DNA of 64,000 bases from Candidatus Binataceae bacterium (GCA_035493515.1 DATJID010000058.1:1201-65200), one strand, 5' to 3'. Numbered from the stretch's first letter, positions 38,853-47,845 are shown. Notes: generated from the letters alone by a model not told the origin. Program-made: numbers and translations.

Positions 38853-39782
38853 ATGTCCTACATGGTAGCCATCACTGTTTTCTTCCTGGGTCTGACGACT
38901 GTTATGGCGCTGTACTACGGTTTTACAGCGGACGAGCCGGGACAGTCCTGGGCGCGAGAGCACGCCGCCACGAGGTATAGCGGCTCCGGCACCCTCGCCC
39001 GCTCATCGCTTCAATGGAGCGGCATCCCCGGACAATTGCTCGCATGGTGGGTCAGCAAGACGGACGCCGCCGACCAGAACGCGCCCCGCGTACGGCAAAC
39101 TCACATCGCGCTTACCCGGGCAGGTTTCAATCAGGTTGAGCAGTTGGCCGTGTACCGTGCGGCACGGGTCGCCTCGTTCGTACTGGTAATTGCTCTGGGC
39201 CTGGTAATCGCGCACTTTTACCCGAGGTGGCGAGTGCCAGCCGTTCTGGGCGGCGCAGTGATCGGCTATCTGCTGCCCGGCAACATCGTCAAGCGCTTGG
39301 GGCGCAAGCGCCAACTCACCATTCTGCATGAATTGCCCGCTATTCTCGATCTGCTCGTGGTCACGCTGGAAGCCGGACAAGGACTACTCGAAGCGATCAG
39401 AGTCGTTGGCCGCGAGACCGCGCGGCAGGGCCGGGTGCTGGGCAAGGAATTTTCGACTGCGGCGGCCGAGATGAGCGCAGGCATCGCGCTCGAAGACAGC
39501 ATGCGCAATCTCAGCGAACGGACCGGCGTGGACGACCTCAAGGCCATCGGCGCCGTGTTTATCCAGAGCAAAGAGATCGGCGGTCGATTGGGACCTTCAT
39601 TGCGCGCGGCGGGCGAACTGCTAAGCACCAAACGGCGCCTGATGGCAGAAGAGGCGGCGCAAAAGAGCTCGGTGAAGATGCTTTTGCCGCTGGTACTGTT
39701 TATTCTGCCCGCCATGATGATCATCATTCTCGGACCGGCGATTATCCAGATCTTTCAGATGATAATGGGAGCAGCCGCTTAG
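38853..39782 (+). CDS. tadC: TadC-type inner-membrane platform protein (T2SSF)
   Basis: Starts 1 nt after the tadB stop. ELPAILDLLVVTLEAGQGLLEAI...AAEMSAGIALEDSM. Confidence 0.85.
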   Translation: MSYMVAITVFFLGLTTVMALYYGFTADEPGQSWAREHAATRYSGSGTLARSSLQWSGIPGQLLAWWVSKTDAADQNAPRVRQTHIALTRAGFNQVEQLAVYRAARVASFVLVIALGLVIAHFYPRWRVPAVLGGAVIGYLLPGNIVKRLGRKRQLTILHELPAILDLLVVTLEAGQGLLEAIRVVGRETARQGRVLGKEFSTAAAEMSAGIALEDSMRNLSERTGVDDLKAIGAVFIQSKEIGGRLGPSLRAAGELLSTKRRLMAEEAAQKSSVKMLLPLVLFILPAMMIIILGPAIIQIFQMIMGAAA

Positions 39783-39915
39783 TCTTGCGTGTGCGCTATT
39801 CGGCGCGGGTGCTAATGACCATCGTGGCAGGCGCCGCCATGACGGAATTTGAAAATTAAGTCGTTCAAAGGCTGCGAGGAGAAGAATTTCTCGTCTACAA
39901 CTGATTAATCTCGTA

Positions 39916-42540
39916 TCACGATAGTCTGCTATTCCTGGTCCCCGCGACGCGCCATATCGCGGGGAGCACAGCGAGCGCAGCCGCGATTGCCCAGTCGCGC
40001 GGCGCGATCGGTCGGATTTGCAAAAGCGCGGCTATTGGACCGATCGCCATGAAGATAGGCAGGCTCGCGGCGACCAGGAGGGAAAGGATCCAAAAGCTGG
40101 CGCGCGCAGGCAAGGGAGTCCTCCACCACGGACGATCGCCTGCCACTTCCGCCCACATAAGGAACAGGCTTCCCATAATTACCACCACCATGGCGGCCGC
40201 ACGCGCGTAGGGCTCCCCGTGGTTTAGCCGGGCCGCATACTCGCTCAGCGCGGCGACCGCCAACAGCGCGCCCGAGCAGGTTGAGCGCAAAAGCCGGGCG
40301 CTCCCGATCAACGGAGCGTGGGGATCGCGCGGCGGCCGCCGCATCAGGTCGGGCGGGCCCGGCTCGCCCTCGAAAGCCAGCGCGGAGACCGGGTGCACCA
40401 CCATCTCGAGCCACACGAGGGTGACCGGCAGCAGCAAAATCGGCAGTCCTAGGACTGGCGCGATCAGCGCCAGTCCTACCAACGCGAATTTGAATCCGGT
40501 CAAGTATCGCAGCGACTGCTGGATATTGCCGAACACGCGGCGACCCTCACGCACTGTATGTACAAGGGCCGAAAAATCGTCGTCGAGCAGGATAAGATCG
40601 GCGGCGGCGCGAGCGACCTCCGTGCCCCGCCGCCCCATACTCACGCCTATATGGGCGCGGCGCAGCGCAGGGGCGTCGTTTATGCCGTCGCCGATCATCG
40701 CCACGATTTCACCGGCGCGCACCAGCGCGTCAATGATTTGGTATTTCTGTTCGGGTTCCACGCGCGCGAAGATGCTGGCGCTGCGCGCTATCCGGGCGAT
40801 GTCCTCCGAGCTCAAACGCGCCAGTTCGGATCCGTTTACGATCAGGCTGTCATCATGGACGATGCCGGCGGCCTCCGCCACGGCGTGAGCCGTCAAGGCG
40901 TGATCGCCCGTGATAAGCTTGAGCTTGACCCCGGCCGTCTGGCATTCGGCCACCGCGGCGGGGACTTCCGGACGCAACGGGTCACGAAAGCCCAATAAGC
41001 CGTAGAGGACGAGGTCGCTTTCATCGTCTTCGCGCACGCCGCGAAAACCGGCCGACGCACGCGCCACACTCCCGGTCATGCTGGTCGCGCCGGCGTTTGC
41101 GGGATCGCTGGCGTCGGCGAAACGACCCGCTACCGCGATCACGCGCATCCCCTGGCCGGCGAGTTCCGAGTTTATCGCAAGTGCTCGCTCGCGGTCGCCG
41201 GGTTCAGCCCTGCAGTGTTCGAGGATCCCTTCCAGCGCGCCTTTGGCCACGATGCGCGCTCCGGCAGTAACGCCCTCATTGCCAGGCGCGCGCATCCAGA
41301 CGTGAGACATGTGCTTACCCGTCATGTCGAAGGGGTAGTCGTATGCGAGTCTCCAACGATCGTGCAGCGCTTCAACCTGAACACCGTGGCGGCGGCAGTG
41401 CGCCAGTATTTCACGCTCCAGCGAGTCCATGGCGCCGGGTTCGCAAGCAAGTGCCGCCGCCTCCAGTAGCGCAGGTTCGCCGAGCCGTCCGGCGTCCAAC
41501 ACGCGATGTGCTTCGAGCGCGAATTTGCCGGCGGTGAGCGTACCGGTCTTGTCCATGCAAATAACGGTGGTGGAGCCCAGGGTCTCGACGCTCGCCAAGC
41601 GCTTCACCAGCACGCCCTGGCGACTGAGCCGCAGCGCGGCGAGGGTCAGGAATAGGCTCAGCACTACGACCATCTCTTCGCACACCGCCGACATCGCGAG
41701 GCTGATGGAGTAGAGCAAAGCCTCGCGCGGGGGCACCCCGCTAAACCATCGCAGGGCAAAAATCGCGGTCGACAAACCAAGAGCGATCCCTATGAGCCAT
41801 CGCGCGACCCGCGCGGTTTTCACCTGCAGCGGCGTTGCCTGTAACTCGCTCTCGCCAACCAGGCGCGCGATGTTACCAAAGCGCGTGAGCCTTCCGGTGG
41901 CGGTTATTTCACCCACCCCCTGCCCGGCCAGCACCATCGAGCCCGCGAAGAAGCGGCTCTGTTCTTCGGCATCGATGGCGAGAGCCTCCAGATGCGCGGC
42001 TTTTTCCCGGGGTTCGGCCTCGCCCGTCAATTGCGATTCGTCGACGGTGAGATTTGCTGCGCGCCGCACGATCCCGTCGGCATGCAGGACGTCGCCCTCG
42101 CGAAAAAGCAGCAGATCGCCGGGCACCAACTCGGCGGTCGGAACTTCGGCATGCTGCCCGTCGCGCAAGACTCGCGCCCGCGGCGCCACGGCGCGGGCGA
42201 GTTTCTTGAGAGCGCTGCGCGAACGGGCCTCCATCAGCACGTCCACGCCGAGTACCGGGACTATCACGGCCGCGAGCACCGTCGCTTCATGGGGTTTGCC
42301 AAGCAACAAATAGAGCAGCGCGGCACCCGCCAGCATCAACGCCATCGGGTCGGCAAGCATCCACAGCCATTGCACCAGGTGCGCGGCGCGCTCGCGCTCA
42401 ACCAGCAAATTGGGGCCGAACTCGGCGAGCCGCGCATGGGCCTCTTCGTGGCTAAGACCGGCCAGACCGCCGGTGACGCTATGTTCGGATGATCCGGCGG
42501 CCGCGCTTTGGCCGGCAACCGCGTCATTGTCGTCAGTCAC
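39916..42540 (-). CDS. P-type (type II-like) cation-transporting ATPase with an atypical TM4 motif
   Basis: TGEAEP, ICMDKTGTLT, TGDH and GDGINDAPALRRAHIGVSMG. Start taken at a GTG that overlaps the upstream stop (GTGA). An ATG at 42615 is the alternative. Confidence 0.9.
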   Translation of the reverse strand: MTDDNDAVAGQSAAAGSSEHSVTGGLAGLSHEEAHARLAEFGPNLLVERERAAHLVQWLWMLADPMALMLAGAALLYLLLGKPHEATVLAAVIVPVLGVDVLMEARSRSALKKLARAVAPRARVLRDGQHAEVPTAELVPGDLLLFREGDVLHADGIVRRAANLTVDESQLTGEAEPREKAAHLEALAIDAEEQSRFFAGSMVLAGQGVGEITATGRLTRFGNIARLVGESELQATPLQVKTARVARWLIGIALGLSTAIFALRWFSGVPPREALLYSISLAMSAVCEEMVVVLSLFLTLAALRLSRQGVLVKRLASVETLGSTTVICMDKTGTLTAGKFALEAHRVLDAGRLGEPALLEAAALACEPGAMDSLEREILAHCRRHGVQVEALHDRWRLAYDYPFDMTGKHMSHVWMRAPGNEGVTAGARIVAKGALEGILEHCRAEPGDRERALAINSELAGQGMRVIAVAGRFADASDPANAGATSMTGSVARASAGFRGVREDDESDLVLYGLLGFRDPLRPEVPAAVAECQTAGVKLKLITGDHALTAHAVAEAAGIVHDDSLIVNGSELARLSSEDIARIARSASIFARVEPEQKYQIIDALVRAGEIVAMIGDGINDAPALRRAHIGVSMGRRGTEVARAAADLILLDDDFSALVHTVREGRRVFGNIQQSLRYLTGFKFALVGLALIAPVLGLPILLLPVTLVWLEMVVHPVSALAFEGEPGPPDLMRRPPRDPHAPLIGSARLLRSTCSGALLAVAALSEYAARLNHGEPYARAAAMVVVIMGSLFLMWAEVAGDRPWWRTPLPARASFWILSLLVAASLPIFMAIGPIAALLQIRPIAPRDWAIAAALAVLPAIWRVAGTRNSRLS

Positions 42541-44167
42541 TCGCGCGACCGACTCCCCTAAGCCGCTCGATAATTGACGCCGACACGTCCTTGGGATTCC
42601 GCTCCGTATCCACAACGAGGTGAGAGGAATTCGGGATCTCGTTCAGCGCGACGAAGTCGTTACGCTGAGCCAGATAGGTCGCCACGTTAGCATCGGAGAC
42701 TTCGTCGGGGCGGCGCGCTCGAGCGGTAAGCCGGCGCACGATCTCGTCGTGGCTCGCAGTGCACTCGACGAAGAGCAGCGGCACGTCAAGGCGCGCGGCA
42801 AGCGCGCGCGCTTCGGCGCGATGGGTGGCCGCGGCAAAGGTGGCGTCGACGATCACGCCGGCGCCGTCGCGCAGGCGCGCCGCGGCCTCGTCGAGCAGCG
42901 CGGTATAGGTCTTCCGCGTGAACTCGTCGCTGTAGGCGCCGGCTGCATATCCGTCTGAGAGGCGCTCGGTCGGCGCGACACCAGCTACGCATTTGCGGAT
43001 CTCATCGGAGCGCAGCCATTCGAATCCGAGCCGATCCGCCAAACGTCGCGCCACAGTCGATTTGCCGCTGCCCGAGAGCCCACAGACGACGATCAATGCG
43101 GGATGGGACTCGCGCACGTAATCGAGCGCAAGGGCGACGTAGCGTCCCGCCGCCGCAGCCGCCGCATCGCGCACAGCGGGCGCAATCGCGGCGTCGCGGC
43201 TGGTCAGGCTCTCGACCTTGGCGCGCACCAATGCGCGATGAATCTTGTAGAGCGGAATCAGCAGCGGAAGATCAGCGTCGCCCGATGCCTCGCGATACGC
43301 ACCCACCAACTCTTCCGACAGGCCGCAAGCGCCGAGCCGATCGAGATCCATCGCGAGGAACCCCACGTCCGAAGCGACGTCGACGTAGCGCAGCCTCTCG
43401 CTGAACTCAACGCAGTCGATGATGGTAATCGTTTCGCCATCAAGTGAAACGTGTTCGCAACGCAAGTCGCCGTGGCCTTCGCACACGCGGCCGCCGAGTG
43501 CGCGGCGGTTGAGCAGGCTCCAACGCGCTTCGATCGTGCGATGAGCAAAGCGTTCGAGCTCCTCCAATTGTGCCGGCGTGATGGTGTCCGCGCGATCGCG
43601 CGCAAGCTCTTCCAGGTTTCCGCGCATCAGCCGCCAAATCGCCGCCGCCGACCCATACTTCCATGCCTGACCGGCGGCAGCCGCGAGATGGAAAGCGGCG
43701 AGCCGCGACGCGACGGCGCGAATCTGCGCGATGCTCACTTTGCCATCGGCCACCATTCGATCGAGCATCGCGCCCTCGCTCATCCGACGCATCCAGACCG
43801 CCCATTCGACCGCCGTTCCCTCTTCCGCCGCGCCGATGGCATCCGCGCTCAGCGTTAACTCACCGCTGCCGCTCTGTATGATCGCAACGACGTCCAGGTA
43901 AACGGCTGGCGCGAGTCGCCGATTAAGCCGTACTTCGTCCAGGCATAGTTGGTGGCGCCGGGCGAGCGAAGAGGCGTCGAGAAACGAAAACCGCACTGGC
44001 TTCTTGATCTTGTAAACGTAGTCCCCCGCCAAGAAGACGTAGGAAATATGTGTTTGGCGCGATTCAACTGAGCGCGGACGATCACGATACATCTCCGGAC
44101 GCATCATCGCGGCCACGACGCCTGGCAGATCGCGTTTGTAAGCGGTGGATTGCGATGGCGTCGTCAT
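42533..44167 (-). CDS. Bifunctional aminoglycoside-phosphotransferase-like kinase / P-loop (AAA_33-type) kinase fusion
   Basis: N-terminal YVYKIKKPVRFSFLD...GHGDLRCEHV (APH-like). C-terminal VVCGLSGSGKSTVARRLA (Walker A). Confidence 0.8.
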   Translation of the reverse strand: MTTPSQSTAYKRDLPGVVAAMMRPEMYRDRPRSVESRQTHISYVFLAGDYVYKIKKPVRFSFLDASSLARRHQLCLDEVRLNRRLAPAVYLDVVAIIQSGSGELTLSADAIGAAEEGTAVEWAVWMRRMSEGAMLDRMVADGKVSIAQIRAVASRLAAFHLAAAAGQAWKYGSAAAIWRLMRGNLEELARDRADTITPAQLEELERFAHRTIEARWSLLNRRALGGRVCEGHGDLRCEHVSLDGETITIIDCVEFSERLRYVDVASDVGFLAMDLDRLGACGLSEELVGAYREASGDADLPLLIPLYKIHRALVRAKVESLTSRDAAIAPAVRDAAAAAAGRYVALALDYVRESHPALIVVCGLSGSGKSTVARRLADRLGFEWLRSDEIRKCVAGVAPTERLSDGYAAGAYSDEFTRKTYTALLDEAAARLRDGAGVIVDATFAAATHRAEARALAARLDVPLLFVECTASHDEIVRRLTARARRPDEVSDANVATYLAQRNDFVALNEIPNSSHLVVDTERNPKDVSASIIERLRGVGRASD

Positions 44168-44206
44168 CGGTGCTCACCCGAGAGCTACACCCGCCGCGTG
44201 CGACGC

Positions 44207-45013
44207 TCAAGTCGTTTCCAGAAATGCGCGCAGCACGTCGCTGGTGGAGATGATTCCGACCAGCCGCTCGCCCTCGACCACCGGCAGCGCGCCGACCTTG
44301 AGCTCGAGCAGGCGCTTCGCTGCTTCATGAATGGGCGTGACGGCGGTAACGGTAGCAACCTCCGGGGTCATCGCGAGCCTGACCTCGGTATGGTCGAGGT
44401 AACCCTCGTGGCGGCGAAGATCGCGGTCAGTGATAACTCCGACCACCTTCCCATCGCTCAAAACCGGTATGGTCCGGAAATGGCCTGAGAGCATCCTGGC
44501 CCGCGCGGCCTCGAGTTTTTCGGCCGGCTCGGCGGTGATGGGGTGCGGCGTCATCCATTTGGCAACCAGGTGCACGTCAGACTCCTGGCGCTGAACGGTC
44601 AATACCGGACAGGTCGCTTCACGCAAGACGGCCTCCGCCACGCTGCCCAGCAGCATTCGCCGGACTCCCTTACGGCCGTGTGTCGCGAGCACGATCAAAT
44701 CGGCCGCCATCTGGCGTTCCAGCGCAAGTATCTCGTGGGCCGGATCTCCGATCCGGCTCATCAACTCGCACTTAACCTCCGCGCGCCGGCATTCGACGAT
44801 AGCCGCGAGCTTCTGTTGCGCGATTTTTTCCTGGTCCTTGTAAATGTCCACGTAATTGGGCATCCCGGTGGGCGCCACGACCATCGGAACCACATGCATC
44901 AGAAATACGGTGCCGCCCGTCTCCGTCGCGATACGCACCGCGGCATCCAGTACCGCCTGCGCGGTATCGTCGAACTCGATCGGGGCCAGAATCCGCCTAT
45001 ATGGAAAAGCCAT
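44207..45013 (-). CDS. Universal stress protein domain fused to a CBS pair
   Basis: RILAPIEFDDTAQAVLDAA...LIVLATHGRKGVRRMLLGSVAEAVLREATCPVLTV (Usp), then two CBS repeats (VGVITDRDL, VGIISTSDVL). Confidence 0.85.
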   Translation of the reverse strand: MAFPYRRILAPIEFDDTAQAVLDAAVRIATETGGTVFLMHVVPMVVAPTGMPNYVDIYKDQEKIAQQKLAAIVECRRAEVKCELMSRIGDPAHEILALERQMAADLIVLATHGRKGVRRMLLGSVAEAVLREATCPVLTVQRQESDVHLVAKWMTPHPITAEPAEKLEAARARMLSGHFRTIPVLSDGKVVGVITDRDLRRHEGYLDHTEVRLAMTPEVATVTAVTPIHEAAKRLLELKVGALPVVEGERLVGIISTSDVLRAFLETT

Positions 45014-45082
45014 CGATCTTTCCTCCTCGATCAGCCATCGACTCGGAACGCAATTTCCAGCTCAGTAGCTAACAGTTCACTA

Positions 45083-45097
45083 GCTATAGCCGTGCCA
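45083..45097 (-). promoter_or_regulatory. Sigma54 promoter candidate upstream of the Usp-CBS/kinase/ATPase unit
   Basis: The minus strand reads TTGGCACGGCTATAGCT (TGGCACG perfect, correct spacing, -12 TAGC). The -12 element is 70 nt upstream of the ATG at 45013. Confidence 0.5.
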
Positions 45098-45363
45098 ACG
45101 GAGAGCTCCGCCCGCATCGCGAAATCAGGGACTCGTTGCGGGCGGTAGCCGACAGCCCGGAAAACGACTGCGTCCGATGGATACAGAACTCTCGCTTCTT
45201 GTGACCCGCGAGCACCTGTTATTCGCCAGGGTCGGCAATTGATTGTGCGGAGCAGATGCAATGAAAGATGCAATCAAATCCACTGGGAGAGGTTTGCACT
45301 GCCTGTCTGCGGGCGTGCGCAGGAATCGGGGGTTCCCGCTGTCTGTACCGGGAAGCCGCGTCG

Positions 45364-46902
45364 TCAGTCGAGTCGATAGCGGCGCAGGCGGGCATAGAGC
45401 CGCTTGCGAGACACGCCCAACAGCTTGGCGGCGCGAAGTTTGTTGCCGCCGGTCGAGGCCAGCGCGCGCCGAATGAGATCGCGCTCGTTATCAATGAAAC
45501 TGAGGGTGGGTGAATCAGCCACCGGAACAGCTTGTGGAGCCGGGGCCATGCCTGCTGCGGCCGCGACCGCTGGGGGCAGGTCGGCAATGCGAATCGTATC
45601 TGCGGTTCCAAAAGTGAAAGCTGACTCAATCGCGTTCGAAAGCTCGCGCACGTTTCCGGGCCAGTTGTAACGATTCATCGAGTCCAGCGCCTGCGGTGCG
45701 ATTCCGACGATCGCCGCGGGCCTCATCATGCGCCGGTTGAAAAGCGCGATGAAATGGTCGGTCAGCAGCGGAATGTCGGCCAGGCGCTCGCGCAACGGTG
45801 GCACCTCGATCAGATTGACCTGAAGGCGGTAGTAGAGGTCCTCGCGCAGATGGCCCTCGCGGACCGCGACCTGCGGGTCGCGATTGCTGCAGGCGATCAC
45901 GCGGACGTCGAACGTCACTTCGCGGGTCGATCCGACCGGCCGTACCGTGCGTTCCTGAAGGGCCCGCAAAAGCTTGCTCTGGGTGGCCGCGCTCATCTCG
46001 GTGATTTCGTCGAGGAACAAAGAGCCGCCTTCGGCCGCGCGAAACAGTCCCGGGTAGTCGATGGTGGCGCCGCTGAACGCGCCGCGCTTGTAGCCAAAAA
46101 GCTCGCTCTCGATAAGTTCGCGGGGAATCGCGGCGCAATTGAGCGCGACGAACGGCATCGCCGGCGTGCGCGAGCACTCATGCACCGCCCGCGCCACCAA
46201 TTCCTTGCCAGTGCCACTTTCGCCGACGATCAGTACGGTGCCACGCACACCCGCCGCCGACTCGATCCGCGCGTACAGTCGCCGCATCACCGGCGTAGCA
46301 CCGACCAAACCATGAAAGTTGGTCCGCAGCTCTCCCGCGAGCAGGCCGGCCTCCTTCTCGAGGCTCTGAATCCGCGCCGCGGCGAGCGTTTCCTGGTTTC
46401 TGAAATAGGCCTCGGCCAGCGCGATAATCCGGCAGTGGCTGACCTTGTCGAACACTCGGTACATCGACCAATCCACGCCGTGCGGGAAATTCGCGATCGC
46501 GCTCTCCTCGAACAGATGCATTGAGGCGACGACCTCAGCGAATGGCACCCGCCGCTGCGCCAGCGTGACGCCAATCCGGCGCATCCGGATCACGAACTGC
46601 TCGAAGGTGCCCGCGCGCAAGGTCTCGGTCGTAGCGTCGAGGTCCAGGCCGCAGATCTCGAAGAACTCGCTTTGCGCGAGCGAACGCTCGTCGCCGAAAT
46701 GCAGCAGGTAGAGCTGATACCAATGCTCGAGGATTTCCCTGCGATGCCCGGCGAGCGCATCCATGACTGGTCCCAGCTCGGCCAGTTCATGGTCCCAGAG
46801 CAGATGATAGTAGCTGAGATTATTGCGATGGACCGCCGGTGCTGCAGGCGGCTTAGGTTGGGCCACGGACGATTTACTACCAGTCTTCGCCCCGCCCGGC
46901 AA
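45364..46902 (-). CDS. Sigma54-dependent transcriptional activator (bacterial enhancer-binding protein, EBP) with a non-receiver N-terminal sensor domain and a Fis-type HTH
   Basis: LIVGESGTGKELVARAVH, ESELFGYKRGAFSGA (GAFTGA variant), RVIACSNRD and a C-terminal GGNKLRAAKLLGVSRKRLYARL. Confidence 0.9.
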   Translation of the reverse strand: MPGGAKTGSKSSVAQPKPPAAPAVHRNNLSYYHLLWDHELAELGPVMDALAGHRREILEHWYQLYLLHFGDERSLAQSEFFEICGLDLDATTETLRAGTFEQFVIRMRRIGVTLAQRRVPFAEVVASMHLFEESAIANFPHGVDWSMYRVFDKVSHCRIIALAEAYFRNQETLAAARIQSLEKEAGLLAGELRTNFHGLVGATPVMRRLYARIESAAGVRGTVLIVGESGTGKELVARAVHECSRTPAMPFVALNCAAIPRELIESELFGYKRGAFSGATIDYPGLFRAAEGGSLFLDEITEMSAATQSKLLRALQERTVRPVGSTREVTFDVRVIACSNRDPQVAVREGHLREDLYYRLQVNLIEVPPLRERLADIPLLTDHFIALFNRRMMRPAAIVGIAPQALDSMNRYNWPGNVRELSNAIESAFTFGTADTIRIADLPPAVAAAAGMAPAPQAVPVADSPTLSFIDNERDLIRRALASTGGNKLRAAKLLGVSRKRLYARLRRYRLD

Positions 46903-46942
46903 ACGTCGGCAGCAGCGGGGAAAGTCGCGTAAGGCTTTCGGG

Positions 46943-47398
46943 TCATCCCGCGGCAGCGGTCTCTTTCGGCCTGACCACCAACACAGGCCGCGGCGAACAG
47001 CGGATCACTCGTTCAGCCACGCTGCCAATTAGAAAATGGCTAACTCCTTTGCGGCCATGCGTCGCCATCACGATAAGGTCGGCGTCCATATCATGGGCTT
47101 GGGAAACGATGCCGTCAGCGGCCTCGCCGCTGCGCGTCTCGATCTTGTACGCAACACCGCGACCTTCGAGGTGGGCAACTGTCAGCTTCTCCAACTCGAC
47201 CCGAGCGGTCTTTTCCCACACCGGGTAGGGGTCCATTGGGATCTGGGAAAACTCGGAGGCGTTGAGCGGTAGCGGAGTGACGTGCAATACGCAAAGCGTC
47301 GAGTTGCTTTGCTGCGCGATTTCACGGGCAAAGTGCAATACCACGGCAGAGGATTCGTCAAAATCCACGGCACATAAAATTCTGTTGAACAATTTCAT
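46943..47398 (-). CDS. Universal stress protein (UspA family)
   Basis: ILCAVDFDESS...LIVMATHGRKGVSHFLIGSVAERVIRCSPRPVLVV. Confidence 0.9.
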   Translation of the reverse strand: MKLFNRILCAVDFDESSAVVLHFAREIAQQSNSTLCVLHVTPLPLNASEFSQIPMDPYPVWEKTARVELEKLTVAHLEGRGVAYKIETRSGEAADGIVSQAHDMDADLIVMATHGRKGVSHFLIGSVAERVIRCSPRPVLVVRPKETAAAG

Positions 47399-47423
47399 GC
47401 TCCGCCTCGATCAAAAAATGCTA

Positions 47424-47439
47424 CGCAAGAGCCGGACCA
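47424..47439 (-). promoter_or_regulatory. Sigma54 promoter candidate upstream of the usp-EBP unit
   Basis: The minus strand reads TGGTCCGGCTCTTGCG (spacing correct, -12 TTGC). The -12 element is 26 nt upstream of the ATG at 47398. Confidence 0.4.
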
Positions 47440-47787
47440 TCCTTGATAGCTAGTGTGATTAGCGCGGGAGAAGCGGAAACTGAATTTGCGCGGCTCTGCG
47501 CCTAAACATCTGCTGCGACGGACCTGCGATGCGGTGACGATGCCGGGCGGTGGTGCCAATTGATACAGTCACTGGGCCCAATGGCACCACAACGCTCCGC
47601 CGGCAACGCCAGCGGAAAATACGCGTATCGGCTCGACGATTTTGCCAGGCGGTGCCAATTTGGTTCTCTGAAGCACAATTTCTCCCTTCTGGAATCATCT
47701 TTCCCTTTCTCCACCGATGCGCCGTGAACGTAGATTTGTGACGCTGGCGGACAGATCGCGCGATGCGGCCGGCGCTGGCCTTACATC

Positions 47788-47803
47788 GGGCACGCTCGTT
47801 GCT
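47788..47803 (+). promoter_or_regulatory. Sigma54 promoter candidate upstream of the porin-cytochrome-NirK-like operon
   Basis: GGGCACGCTCGTTGCT (GGCACG-N4-TTGCT). The -12 element is 43 nt upstream of the ATG at 47846. Confidence 0.55.
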
Positions 47804-47845
47804 CAACCCTGCTCTCGTTACGGTCGTATCACAGGAGGGGGAGTC

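Noticed and set aside
47580-47662. Additional TGGCAC-containing sequences (TGGCACCACAACGCT on the plus strand; TGGCACCGCCTGGCA on the minus strand)
   Set aside because: The GC of the -12 element is one base out of register (GG-N9-GC), and sigma54 promoters are spacing-sensitive. The second one overlaps the CAATTT motif that I interpret as an upstream site instead.
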